Assembly (NCBI GenBank): GCA_017456495.1 | Contig: JAFTJI010000077.1 | Location: 1-58,013 of the forward strand | Direction: 5' to 3' | Length of the DNA stretch: 58,013 bases | Origin: Lentisphaeria bacterium | Lineage (GTDB): Bacteria; Verrucomicrobiota; Lentisphaeria; Victivallales; UBA1829 | In this document: positions 1 through 8,950 of the stretch, in pieces | Layout of the letters: every line of letters begins with the position of its first letter | How positions within the stretch are numbered: the first letter of the stretch is position 1 | Notes under the pieces: model-generated | Told to the model about the DNA's origin: nothing | Database searches by the model: none | Seen by the model: the letters and a program-made list of their open reading frames with translations, nothing else | Made by a program: the position numbers and the translations under genes

Positions 1-43
1 AGATGATCTTCAGCGAAAATTTAACCGGTGCAAAGACGATCCT

Positions 44-1198
44 ATGAACGCTGATCTTCTGAAAGTGTTCCGGAACATTTTCGCAAGCTGTGAAGAAGTG
101 CAGAAAAATGCGGGAGTCTGTCAGGAGGTCCTGAAAAAACAGCAGAATTTGGAAGACTTGGAACAATTCTTGAAGTCGAATAATATCTCTTTTCCCAAAG
201 AATATCATGGTAAGAAAACCGTTGCAGATCAACTGCTTGCCATGAAGCGTTATGAAGCTGCCGGAGGTGTTTTATCTGAACTTTGCACGCTTCTGAGCAA
301 AGAAAAAGAGCTTTACGAAAAGAAGCGAAAAGCTGAGGAAGAAGCCCAACGGAAAGCTGAGGTAGATGCCTGTAAGAAAGCAAAGCAGGAAGTTCATCGA
401 AAAGAAATATTGTCTGGAAAAGTCGAACTCCCGGGAGGGCATATTCTGGAAATGGTTCAAATCGAACCGGGGACATTTACCATGGGAAGTCCTGCAGGGA
501 GAGAAGAAAACACATTTTTATATTTTACTAAAACCGTAGGAGAAGAACTTGGACGGTGGGATGATGAAAAACAACATCAGGTAACTCTGACGAAAAGATT
601 TTATCTTGGGAAATATCCTGTTACCCAAAAAGAGTATCAAGCTGTAATGGGAAATAATCCTTCTAAATTCAAGGGGGATAATCTTCCCGTGGAACAAGTC
701 AGTTGGGATGATGCCAAGAGTTTCTGCAGTAAGCTGAATGATTTGAAACGCAATGAATTACCGGCGGGATATCGTTTTGATTTACCCACAGAAGCTCAAT
801 GGGAATATGCCTGCCGTGCAGGAACGACTACTGCATTGAATAACGGATTGAACTTGACTTCTGTAAATAGTCGTTGTTCTAATTTGGAAGAAGTAGCGTG
901 GTATGATGAAAATTCGGATGGAAAAACACATCCTGTCGGACAGAAAAAGCCGAATGCCTGGGGGCTTTATGACATGCATGGCAATGTCTATGAATGGTGC
1001 AACGATTGGAACTCGAATTATCCGAGCCGTGCAGTTACAGACCCGACAGGTCCGGATTTAGGCTCGCGCCGCGTGATACACGGGGGCAGTTGGTACAGCA
1101 CCGCGCAACGCTGCCGTTCAGCGTTTCGGCTTAGCAGCTATCCGGCGGACCAGTATAGCTACGTCGGCTTCCGCGTTGCCCTCGTCCCAGTGGATTGA
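44..1198 (+). CDS. Formylglycine-generating-enzyme (FGE/SUMF1) domain protein with a charged coiled-coil-like N-terminal third
   Basis: The C-terminal ~250 aa carry FGE-sulfatase-type blocks: HQVTLTKRFYLGKYPVTQKEYQAVMGNNPSKF, PVEQVSWDDAKSFC, RFDLPTEAQWEYACRAG, NAWGLYDMHGNVYEWCNDW, RVIHGGSW and YVGFRVA. The frame stays open upstream of the ATG at 44 to the window edge, so the true start may lie outside the window. Confidence 0.8.
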   Translation: MNADLLKVFRNIFASCEEVQKNAGVCQEVLKKQQNLEDLEQFLKSNNISFPKEYHGKKTVADQLLAMKRYEAAGGVLSELCTLLSKEKELYEKKRKAEEEAQRKAEVDACKKAKQEVHRKEILSGKVELPGGHILEMVQIEPGTFTMGSPAGREENTFLYFTKTVGEELGRWDDEKQHQVTLTKRFYLGKYPVTQKEYQAVMGNNPSKFKGDNLPVEQVSWDDAKSFCSKLNDLKRNELPAGYRFDLPTEAQWEYACRAGTTTALNNGLNLTSVNSRCSNLEEVAWYDENSDGKTHPVGQKKPNAWGLYDMHGNVYEWCNDWNSNYPSRAVTDPTGPDLGSRRVIHGGSWYSTAQRCRSAFRLSSYPADQYSYVGFRVALVPVD

Positions 1199-1209
1199 GA
1201 GCGGGGCTT

Positions 1210-1256
1210 CCGGCAGAGCCGGAGAGACTGGCACACTAGCAAAGGATCGGCTGGGG
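1210..1256 (+). repeat. Partial copy (5' module, ~47 bp) of the structured repeat element seen in full at 1365-1553 and 19501-19753
   Basis: CCGGCAGAGCCGGAGAGACTGGCACACTAGCAAAGGATCGGCTGGGG is nearly identical to 1365-1411 and to the reverse complement of 19707-19753. Confidence 0.85.
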
Positions 1257-1258
1257 AA

Positions 1259-1304
1259 AACGGACGATAACGGACACAAACGGAAGAGAACGGAGAAATA
1301 ACGC
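1259..1304. repeat. Short-period repeat, AACGGA recurring every ~10 bp (4-5 units)
   Basis: AACGGA starts at 1259, 1269, 1279 and 1289, with a degenerate AACGC at 1300. Confidence 0.6.
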
Positions 1305-1323
1305 CCGGGTGCGCATCAAAAAA

Positions 1324-1364
1324 CCTATACGGCTTATACGACCTATACGACCTATTATGCCTAT
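1324..1364. repeat. 9-bp tandem repeat, consensus CCTATACGA, ~4.5 units
   Basis: Units are cctatacgg cttatacga cctatacga cctattatg cctat, read directly from the sequence. Confidence 0.8.
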
Positions 1365-1553
1365 CCGGCAGAGCCGGAGAGACTGGCGCACTAGCAAAGG
1401 ATCGGCTGGGTACTAAGAGTACTGGGAGTACTGTTTTTGGCGCCGGGGTGCGCAAAGAAAACGCCTTTCGCAAACCCTTTTCTTTGCCCGCACACTCCCA
1501 GTATTCCCAGTACTCCCAGTATTCCCAGAACCCGGGCAGACCATCTTTTCCGG
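1365..1553 (+). repeat. Structured intergenic repeat element, copy A (~189 bp). It has two opposed arrays of a 9-mer (TACTGGGAG / CTCCCAGTA type) flanking a conserved core
   Basis: Its reverse complement aligns end to end with 19501-19753. The 3' array has 4 units (1492-1527) and the 5' arm has ~2.5 units in the opposite orientation (1410-1432), so a long hairpin is possible. Confidence 0.85.
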
Positions 1554-1666
1554 CAACTGCCGCAGGAAACACTTTCCGTTATCCACCGTTCTTTTTTACC
1601 TTTTCTTTCCGGGTTCTCTTCATAAAAAAAAACGCAAAAAAACAAAAGAAAACTTCGTTTTTCCGC

Positions 1667-1694
1667 TTGAAAATTTTTTGATTTGTGGTAAATT
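1667..1694 (+). promoter_or_regulatory. Candidate sigma70-type promoter for the hisF arm
   Basis: TTGAAA (1667-1672), a 16-bp spacer, then TAAATT (1689-1694), ~40 bp upstream of the hisF ATG. This is motif-level evidence only. Confidence 0.3.
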
Positions 1695-1735
1695 TCCGGC
1701 ATACAGCACCACCAATAACAAATGGAGTAGGAACT

Positions 1736-2503
1736 ATGGACAGAAAAATCAAAATTATGCCGTGTCTTGACATGCAAAACGGACGTGTGGTGAAAGGCGT
1801 TCATTTTGTTGATATTGCAGATGCCGGCGACCCCGTTGAATGTGCAAAAGCCTATTGTGAAGCCGGAGCCGATGAGTTGGCTCTTTTAGACATCACAGCA
1901 ACCGTTGAAAAACGCGATACCCTGCATGATGTGGTGTGCCGCGTTTCTCAGGCTTGTTCCGTTCCTTTTACCGTCGGCGGCGGGATCCGTGATGTGGCAA
2001 CAGCTGCAGCCGTTCTTGAAGCCGGTGCGAACCGCATTTCTTCCAGCAGCGCAGCGTTCCGGAAACCGGAAGTCATCAAAGAGATGATCAAAGAGTTTGG
2101 TGCGGACCGCGTGGTCGTTGCGATCGACGTCGATGTGAACCCCGCTCTTCCTTCCGGATATGAAGTTTATGTCGATGGCGGAAGAACCGCTACCGGTTCC
2201 GATGCAGTGGAATTTGCAAAACTCGTTTACGGTTTCGGAGCACAGACCATTCTGCCCACAAGCAAAGCGGGGGATGGAGCAAAGACCGGTTATGATCTTC
2301 CTGTGATCCGCGCGATCCGTCAGGCTTGCCCGGATGCACATGTGGTTGCTTCCGGCGGCGCAGGAACGATGGAACATTTCTATGATGCAGTTCAGGCTGG
2401 TGCAGATATTCTGCTTGCAGCTTCTGTGTTCCACTTCAAGATGATCCAGATCCCTGAACTGAAAAAATATCTTGCCGCAAAAGGCGTGAATGTAATCGGG
2501 TGA
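1736..2503 (+). CDS. hisF: Imidazole glycerol phosphate synthase, cyclase subunit HisF
   Basis: MDRKIKIMPCLDMQNGRVVKGVHFVD..., FTVGGGIR and ASGGAGTMEH..AASVFHF are typical of HisF. I chose the ATG at 1736 (preceded by GGAGTAGG) rather than the ORF-track GTG at 1685. Confidence 0.92.
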   Translation: MDRKIKIMPCLDMQNGRVVKGVHFVDIADAGDPVECAKAYCEAGADELALLDITATVEKRDTLHDVVCRVSQACSVPFTVGGGIRDVATAAAVLEAGANRISSSSAAFRKPEVIKEMIKEFGADRVVVAIDVDVNPALPSGYEVYVDGGRTATGSDAVEFAKLVYGFGAQTILPTSKAGDGAKTGYDLPVIRAIRQACPDAHVVASGGAGTMEHFYDAVQAGADILLAASVFHFKMIQIPELKKYLAAKGVNVIG

Positions 2504-2507
2504 CGAA

Positions 2508-3236
2508 ATGCCGAAAGAAACGTGGCTTTTGTGGAATGATATCTCCCGTTCTCCGTACATGAACATGGCGGTGGATGAGCTGCTTCAGAAAGAAGCTATG
2601 GCACACGGAAAAGTGATCCTGCGCTTTTACGGTTGGGATCGCGATTCCGTCTCTTTCGGATATGCACAGGCTCCCAGCGCCCTGCCGGAACGGGCAAACG
2701 GTTTCGCTTATGTCCGCCGTCCCACAGGCGGCGGAATCGTGTTTCACGATGACGATTTGACCTATACTCTGGCAGTTCCGCCGGAGCATCCCATCTGCCG
2801 TCTTGACCGTATGGAATCTTACCGTGTGATCCACGAAGCAGTCATGGATGCTGTCCGTGATCTGGGAACGGCTGCCTCTCTTGCAGAAGCCGATATGGGC
2901 GATCATACCAAAGCCACGCTTCAGTGTTTTGTATCTCCGACGCTTCATGATATTCTGGGGGAATCCGGAAAACTGGCAGGCGCAGCCCAGCGGCGCGGTC
3001 ACTCCGGGATCCTGCATCAGGGAAGTATCTCCAATGAAACAGCCCATGGACATAGCCGTCAGGAGTTTATTCAGGCTGTTGCAGATGCTTTTGTCGCCCG
3101 CTTCGATCTGGCGTATGAACCGCTCCCGGTGGAGAATGGTGATTTCCTTGCAAGAGCAGAAGAACTTGCCAACCGGAAATATGCTTCTGATGACTGGAAC
3201 AATGACCGGATCGTTCCGGAGGCTTCCCGTTCATGA
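2508..3236 (+). CDS. Biotin/lipoate A/B protein ligase family protein (LplA/LipM-like catalytic domain only)
   Basis: NMAVDELL, ILRFYGWDRDSVSFGY, VRRPTGGGIVFHDDDLTYTL and KLAGAAQRRGHSGILHQGSI match the lipoate-protein ligase / octanoyltransferase fold. Confidence 0.75.
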   Translation: MPKETWLLWNDISRSPYMNMAVDELLQKEAMAHGKVILRFYGWDRDSVSFGYAQAPSALPERANGFAYVRRPTGGGIVFHDDDLTYTLAVPPEHPICRLDRMESYRVIHEAVMDAVRDLGTAASLAEADMGDHTKATLQCFVSPTLHDILGESGKLAGAAQRRGHSGILHQGSISNETAHGHSRQEFIQAVADAFVARFDLAYEPLPVENGDFLARAEELANRKYASDDWNNDRIVPEASRS

Positions 3237-3955
3237 AATCCGATTTGACCAAACTGCAAAGGATCCTGGGGTATCAATTCTCTGATTTACAGCTTTTGAA
3301 AGAAGCCGTGATGCACCGGTCCTTTGCATCGGAAAATAATCTTAATTTTGACAATCAGCGTTTGGAGTTCCTGGGGGATTCCGTGATGCAGATCATTCTT
3401 TCCGAGTTCGTTTTCAAGAAATATCCGGATTTTGCGGAAGGGATGATGACGAAGGTCCGCAGTGCGATGGCGGATCAAAGTTCCTTTGCGCGTCTTGCCC
3501 GCCAGCTGGAACTCGGCGAGTTTATCATGCTTGGCAAGGGGGAGATCGAATGCGGCGGAGCAAACCGCGATTCCACTCTTTCCGATGCGTTTGAATCAGT
3601 GATCGCGGCGATTTTTCTGGACTCCAATCTGGAAAAGACCCGTGAGATCGCAATGCAGCTGATCAATGATGTCTATCCGGATCCTGTAGCTCTTCTTTCC
3701 ACCAACAATCCGAAAGGTGCTTTGCAGGAGTATTGCCAGCAGCATTTCGGGAAATCTCCCCATTATACGACCCTTTCTATCTCCGGCGAGGACCATGATC
3801 CTGTCTTTACGGTGCAGGTCGAAATCGGCGATGTTGTGCTTGCCACCTCCTCTGCCCGGAAACGGAAAATTGCGGAAGGGGCTGCTGCAAATGAAGCCTT
3901 GACCTTGATTCGTGAGGGTAAGATCGAAGGGCTGAAGGAAAAAGGTCAATTATGA
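3233..3955 (+). CDS. rnc: Ribonuclease III
   Basis: It has the RNase III signature NQRLEFLGDSV, then DAFESVIAAIFLD, and a C-terminal dsRBD (KGALQEYCQ...PVFTVQV...GEGSSARKRKIAEGAAA-like). The start has an ATGA overlap with the upstream gene. Confidence 0.93.
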   Translation: MKSDLTKLQRILGYQFSDLQLLKEAVMHRSFASENNLNFDNQRLEFLGDSVMQIILSEFVFKKYPDFAEGMMTKVRSAMADQSSFARLARQLELGEFIMLGKGEIECGGANRDSTLSDAFESVIAAIFLDSNLEKTREIAMQLINDVYPDPVALLSTNNPKGALQEYCQQHFGKSPHYTTLSISGEDHDPVFTVQVEIGDVVLATSSARKRKIAEGAAANEALTLIREGKIEGLKEKGQL

Positions 3956-5049
3956 GCTGTTCGTACACATTTCCGGGGAATATCCGGTTCGGAGAGGGGG
4001 CGTTCCGCGAATTGCCCGCTTGCCTGCCTGCCGGATGCCGTCCGATGCTTGTCATGGGAAAATCATTCTCCCTTTCTGCTGAGGGCAAAGAGCTTCTGGA
4101 ACTGCTTGCACCGCTTCAACCGGTCATCCGGATCGGTGTTCCGGCAGAACCTCCTCTGGAATCTGTGGACGAATTGATAACACTTGGCAGAGCAGGGCAG
4201 GTGGATTCCGTGATCGCTGTTGGCGGCGGAAGTGTGATTGATGCCGCAAAAGCTGCTGCCGCGTTGATTCCCGTTGAGGGAACCGTAGGAGAATATTTTT
4301 CCGGAGCCCGGACGATTCCCGGGAAAGGTTTATTTTTTGCCGCATTGCCTACAACAGCCGGAACCGGTGCGGAATCTACCAATAATTCTGTTCTGACCGA
4401 TACTGCGACCAAAATCAAAAAATCTTTGCGGCATCCATTGATGAAAGCTGATCTTGCGATCGTTGACCCCATGCTGACCTGGAGCTGTCCGCGCGCTTTG
4501 ACTGCTGCCAGCGGGCTGGATGCTTTTGTTCAGGCATTTGAGGGATATACCAATCCGAAAGCCTCTGAGTTGACCAGGGCATTGTCCGCTCAGGCAGTAA
4601 AGCTGATCCTGAAGAACCTGAAAGCCGCTTGTGATGGCGATCATGCCGCGCGGAATGCCATGGCGGAAGGTTCCATGCTTTCCGGAGTTGCTTTTTCTCA
4701 AACAGGACTCGGTGCGATCCATGGTTTTGCCCATCCGATCGGCTCCCTGCTGCACGTTCCCCATGGTGTCGCCTGCGCGGTGCTGATGGTTCCGGTCATG
4801 CGTTGGAACGAACCTGTTTGCGGAGCGCGTTACCGGGAGCTTGCTGAGATTTGCGGCGTGCCGGATTTCATCGGTGCAGCCGAAGAGCTTGCCCGGGCTT
4901 TGGAGATCCCTTCTGATTTCAAAAAGTATGGTTTGACAAAAGATCATTTTCCGTTTATCGTAAAAAATTGCCGGAGTGCGAGTATGGCAACCAATCCCCG
5001 TCCGTTCACGGATGGAGAAGCTGAGGACTTCCTTGAAACTTTTTGCTGA
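3952..5049 (+). CDS. Iron-containing (group III) alcohol dehydrogenase family protein
   Basis: VIAVGGGSVIDAAKAAA, LPTTAGTGAE and the His-rich GAIHGFAHPIGSLLHVPHG metal-site region. Confidence 0.85.
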   Translation: MSCSYTFPGNIRFGEGAFRELPACLPAGCRPMLVMGKSFSLSAEGKELLELLAPLQPVIRIGVPAEPPLESVDELITLGRAGQVDSVIAVGGGSVIDAAKAAAALIPVEGTVGEYFSGARTIPGKGLFFAALPTTAGTGAESTNNSVLTDTATKIKKSLRHPLMKADLAIVDPMLTWSCPRALTAASGLDAFVQAFEGYTNPKASELTRALSAQAVKLILKNLKAACDGDHAARNAMAEGSMLSGVAFSQTGLGAIHGFAHPIGSLLHVPHGVACAVLMVPVMRWNEPVCGARYRELAEICGVPDFIGAAEELARALEIPSDFKKYGLTKDHFPFIVKNCRSASMATNPRPFTDGEAEDFLETFC

Positions 5050-6343
5050 AATTATTCTGTTGTTGAGTCTGTTCTTCCCATATTTGAATTTTGCCCGGGA
5101 AGTGATTATTGATCCCCGGACCGGGGAACCTGCACGATATGCCGGCGATTATCTGGAAAAGCCTTATGTTACAGTTCCGAAAAAATCCGTATTCAAGCGT
5201 AATATGTTCCGGGGCGTTTGGGTGGCAACTGTTGAAAATATTGATTTTTCCAGACACCAGAGTGTGGAGTCTTTCAAGCGGGAGTTCATAACTGTAGTGA
5301 ATAATCTGAAGTCGATCCATGCAACAGCGGTCATCTTTCAGATCCGCCCCATGAACGATGCTTTTTATCCGTCCAAACTGAATCCGTACTCCAAATTTAT
5401 GACCGGGACGGAAGGGGTCGGTTTCCGTTCGTTTGACCCTTTGAAATTTATGATATCAGAGTGTCACAAGCGGGGGATTGAGTTCCACGCCTGGCTGAAT
5501 CCTTACCGGGTCCTGCATAATGTCAAGGTTTCCAAAGCCGTTGCGTTGCGTGGACTGAGCAAAAAGAATTTTGCGCGTCAGCATCCGGAATATGTTCTGA
5601 ATGTTCCGGGAAATGACGGTAACCGTCTGTTGATTCTTGATCCGGGTCGTCCGGAAGTCAGAGCTTTCCTTTTGGCAACCGTCCGGGAAATCATCATGAA
5701 CTACAATGTGGATGCCATTCACTTCGATGATTATTTTTATCCCTATGAGGGGACTGATGACAAGGATCTTGCAACCTATCAAAGGTTCAATCCGCGTCGG
5801 CTTTCCTTGGAGAACTGGCGCAGAAACAATGTAAATCTCATGATTTATTCCGTATCGCAGCTGATCCGTTCGGTGAATAAAGCGCAGAAACGGAACATTC
5901 AGTTCGGGATAAGCCCGTTCGGGATCTGGGGGAATAAAAAACGCATCCGTTACGGTTCTCTGACCGGCGGATCGGAATCCTATTTCAAACAGTATGCCGA
6001 TACCCGTCTCTGGGTTCGCTCCGGCTGGCTGGATTATATTGCACCTCAGCTTTACTGGTCCTTCGGGCACAGTACCGCTGCCTATGCTCACCTTGCAGAC
6101 TGGTGGGCAGGGACAGTCAGAGGTACAAGAACAAAACTTTATATCGGTCACAGTATTGCCCGGCTGGGAACAAACCGGGAGTGGAGCAATCCCAAAGAAG
6201 TTTACAATCAGATGCGCTATAATTCAATGGTTCCGGGAATCCAGGGGTCCATCCTTTATTCTTATTCCAAAATCTTTTCGCCCATCAATCCGGTTATGAA
6301 AACAGGAAGCCGGAAAGTGACAGACCTCTGGAAGAAGTTCTGA
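5012..6343 (+). CDS. Glycoside-hydrolase-like family 10 (GHL10 / YddW-YngK type) secreted or anchored protein
   Basis: FRGVWVATVENIDF, AVIFQIRPMNDAFYPS, GIEFHAWLNPYRV, VDAIHFDDYFYPY, FGISPFGIW and WLDYIAPQLYW. The start is uncertain. The ORF track begins at a GTG at 4976. I prefer the ATG at 5012, which leaves an N-terminal signal/anchor (MEKLRTSLKLFAEIILLLSLFF). Either start overlaps the ADH gene. Confidence 0.75.
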   Translation: MEKLRTSLKLFAEIILLLSLFFPYLNFAREVIIDPRTGEPARYAGDYLEKPYVTVPKKSVFKRNMFRGVWVATVENIDFSRHQSVESFKREFITVVNNLKSIHATAVIFQIRPMNDAFYPSKLNPYSKFMTGTEGVGFRSFDPLKFMISECHKRGIEFHAWLNPYRVLHNVKVSKAVALRGLSKKNFARQHPEYVLNVPGNDGNRLLILDPGRPEVRAFLLATVREIIMNYNVDAIHFDDYFYPYEGTDDKDLATYQRFNPRRLSLENWRRNNVNLMIYSVSQLIRSVNKAQKRNIQFGISPFGIWGNKKRIRYGSLTGGSESYFKQYADTRLWVRSGWLDYIAPQLYWSFGHSTAAYAHLADWWAGTVRGTRTKLYIGHSIARLGTNREWSNPKEVYNQMRYNSMVPGIQGSILYSYSKIFSPINPVMKTGSRKVTDLWKKF

Positions 6344-7507
6344 TCAATCTTCCGGATCCGGAATGACCCGTTTTGAATAGACAGACTGCACGATCCCGAG
6401 AGCCATCAGAGACGTTACCATAAACGTGCCGCCATAGCTCACAAGCGGCAGCGGCAAACCTGTCACCGGCATCATACGGATGGTCATGCCCATATTCACG
6501 ATGGAGTGCAGCGCGAACATCGCACCGATCCCGGCACATAAATATCTGCCGAAATCATCCTGTGCTGTAATTGCAGTGCTGAAAATCGAAATCATCAGAA
6601 GAACATACATGGCAATCACAACTGCCGCCCCGAGAAAACCGGTTTCTTCTGCAATGACAGAAAATATAAAGTCTGAGTTCGAAACCGTCTGCGGAAGATA
6701 TCCCAGATTGTTCTGGGTCCCATGCATGAAACCTTTACCGGTCAAACCTCCGCTGCCGACTGCAAGTTCCGACTGCATCTGGTTCCATCCGGCATTCAAC
6801 GGATCTTTGGAGGCATCCAGAAACACCGCGATCCGTTCTTTGTGATAATCCCGCAGCATTCCGTAACCGATCGGGGCAAGAATTGCCGCAATCGCAGTGA
6901 TGATAAGAATGATTTTGACTTTCAGCCGTGCTGTAAAAATAACAGCTGTCCCGCAAATCAGAACCGTTAATGCTGTACTCAAATTCGGCTGCTGGAAGAT
7001 CAAAAACGCCGGAACTGCAAGAATCAGCAGTGAAAGGAAAAACCACTTGAGCTTATTTACATCAATATCTTTTCTCGACAGAAGCCATGCAAGAAAGACG
7101 ATCGTGCAAAGTTTCGCGATTTCTGATGGCTGAACACTGAAGCCGAACAGCGAAAACCAGCGTTTCGCACCGAACCGGTCAACCCCGAATTTCAGGACGA
7201 TCCCGAGCAGGGCTATGCTGATGGGCCAGAGAAACAGTGCTAAAAATCCATATTTCCGGTAGTCAAAAAGTGCCATCAGAAGCCAAAGTACCAGACCGAT
7301 AGATGCCCATTGGATTTGACGTCTCCAATAGATTTCCGCTCCGACACCGCCGACTTGCTGACCGATTCCGTAAACAAAGAAAATTCCGATCAGAAGCAGA
7401 ACAAACATCGGAATCAATTGCTTGTAATCAAAGCGGAAAAAAACGGATCTCAGGATTGCTGATACCTGAGATCCGTCTGATTTTTTTCTGGTGAAGAATG
7501 ACGGCAT
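6344..7507 (-). CDS. SEDS family peptidoglycan polymerase (FtsW/RodA/SpoVE)
   Basis: It is a multi-pass membrane protein with PSEIAKL, NSDFIFSVIAEETGFLG and PVTGLPLPLVSYGGT. I cannot distinguish RodA from FtsW by eye. Confidence 0.88.
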   Translation of the reverse strand: MPSFFTRKKSDGSQVSAILRSVFFRFDYKQLIPMFVLLLIGIFFVYGIGQQVGGVGAEIYWRRQIQWASIGLVLWLLMALFDYRKYGFLALFLWPISIALLGIVLKFGVDRFGAKRWFSLFGFSVQPSEIAKLCTIVFLAWLLSRKDIDVNKLKWFFLSLLILAVPAFLIFQQPNLSTALTVLICGTAVIFTARLKVKIILIITAIAAILAPIGYGMLRDYHKERIAVFLDASKDPLNAGWNQMQSELAVGSGGLTGKGFMHGTQNNLGYLPQTVSNSDFIFSVIAEETGFLGAAVVIAMYVLLMISIFSTAITAQDDFGRYLCAGIGAMFALHSIVNMGMTIRMMPVTGLPLPLVSYGGTFMVTSLMALGIVQSVYSKRVIPDPED

Positions 7508-7508
7508 A

Positions 7509-8798
7509 TTACCCCAGACAGTCGGAAATCAGAGCAAACGTCTGATCGCGCTTGGGTCCGACAGAGATAATACCGATTTTTGCATTGACTTCTTTTGCCA
7601 TGCGTTCCAGATATTTCTGAGCATTGACAGGAAGTTCATCAAAGGAACGTGCGTTTTCAGTGGATTCCTTCCAGCCGGGAAGATCTTCATAGACAGGTTC
7701 AAGTTCCGCGAAAGAACATGCTTCTGCGGGGAAGTTGCGGACGATTTCGCCGTTGATCTTGTAACCGACGCACATCTTGACAGTGTCAAGACCGTCAAGA
7801 ACGTCAAGCTTGGTGACTGCAAGATAATCAACACCGTTGACCATGCAGCTGTAACGGCATGCAACAGCATCGAACCAGCCGCAGCGGCGGGGACGACCGG
7901 TGGTTGCACCGAATTCACCGCCTTTGGTACGGAGGTGTTCGCCCATGTCATCAAACAATTCGGTGGGGAAGGGACCTTCACCGACGCGTGTGGTATAAGC
8001 CTTGATCACACCCCAGACTCTTGTGACAGATCTGGGAGAAAGTCCTGTACCTGTGCAAGCTCCGCCTGTGGTGGTGTTGCTGCTTGTCACAAAAGGATAG
8101 GTTCCGTGGTCAATATCAAGGAACATTCCCTGAGCACCTTCCAGTAGAACTTTTTTACCTGCCTGAGCTGCTTCATTGATCGTAACAACGGTGTCCTGAA
8201 TATAGGGCTTGACAAAGTCAAGAGCAGGTTCAATATCTTTCCATGCAGCTTCAAGATCAAGAGCAGTTGCTCCTGCAGGAACATAGAGCTTGTTGTAGGC
8301 TTCACCCTGTTCCATGAAACGCTGTTTGAATGCTTCTTTGTTGAGGATTTCACCGCCGCGGATACCAGTACGGGCGATTTTATGAGTGTAGGAAGGACCG
8401 ATGCCGCGGAGTGTCGTACCAATCTTTTTGCCTTTGGCAGCAGTGGATTCGTTGAACGCATCCAGAAGTTTGTGCCAGGGCATGATCAGGTGACAGCGGG
8501 AGCTGACCTGGATGGAGGAGATATCAACACCGCGGTCGCGGAGAAGTTCCATTTCTTTTTTCAGTTCGATGGGGTCGACGACAACACCGTTTCCGATCAC
8601 ACAGGGAACTCCGGGACGGAGAATTCCGGAGGGAACCAGGTGAAGCACATGTTTTTCATCGCCGTTTTCTACAGTATGACCTGCGTTATTGCCGCCCTGA
8701 AAACGGACGACCATTTCTGCGCCGCTCGTGAGAACGTCGATAATTTTTCCTTTTCCTTCATCCCCCCACTGGATGCCGACAAGTACGTTGACTGACAT
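7509..8798 (-). CDS. purA: Adenylosuccinate synthase
   Basis: MSVNVLVGIQWGDEGKGKIID and GGNNAGHTV. I set the start at the internal ATG (8798), which is preceded by AGGAAG, rather than at 8831. Confidence 0.93.
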   Translation of the reverse strand: MSVNVLVGIQWGDEGKGKIIDVLTSGAEMVVRFQGGNNAGHTVENGDEKHVLHLVPSGILRPGVPCVIGNGVVVDPIELKKEMELLRDRGVDISSIQVSSRCHLIMPWHKLLDAFNESTAAKGKKIGTTLRGIGPSYTHKIARTGIRGGEILNKEAFKQRFMEQGEAYNKLYVPAGATALDLEAAWKDIEPALDFVKPYIQDTVVTINEAAQAGKKVLLEGAQGMFLDIDHGTYPFVTSSNTTTGGACTGTGLSPRSVTRVWGVIKAYTTRVGEGPFPTELFDDMGEHLRTKGGEFGATTGRPRRCGWFDAVACRYSCMVNGVDYLAVTKLDVLDGLDTVKMCVGYKINGEIVRNFPAEACSFAELEPVYEDLPGWKESTENARSFDELPVNAQKYLERMAKEVNAKIGIISVGPKRDQTFALISDCLG

Positions 8799-8950
8799 AT
8801 TTATTCTTCCTTTGCAAAAAGTCTGATACAAGGTCTGCTCTTCAAGCAGTCCGAAACAAGTGGAACTATATCTCTTGTTTGGTGAAAATGCAAGCCCACT
8901 TTCCTATAAAAGCGTGTTTTTTTTCATTTTTTCAGCCGCTTTTCCCGGAT

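Noticed and set aside
1375-1412. A ZTP (pfl-motif) riboswitch-like string, GACTGGCGCAC...CGGCTGGG, lies inside the repeat element. This was tempting because copy B lies upstream of glyA, a classic ZTP-regulated gene.
   Set aside because: The corresponding positions in copy B read GAATAGCG, so the key ACUGGCG is not conserved. The 3' segment is CGGCUGGG rather than CCGCCUGGGC, so the pseudoknot pairing is lost. No P1/P2 helices are evident. The string also sits more than 300 nt from the downstream start codons, with a terminator in between in copy B.
4976-5011. The GTG at 4976 (ORF-track start) as the start of the GHL10-like gene.
   Set aside because: It adds 12 residues upstream of an otherwise normal signal/anchor N-terminus, has no properly spaced RBS, and lengthens the overlap with the ADH gene. 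The ATG at 5012 is more plausible, though it is not proven.
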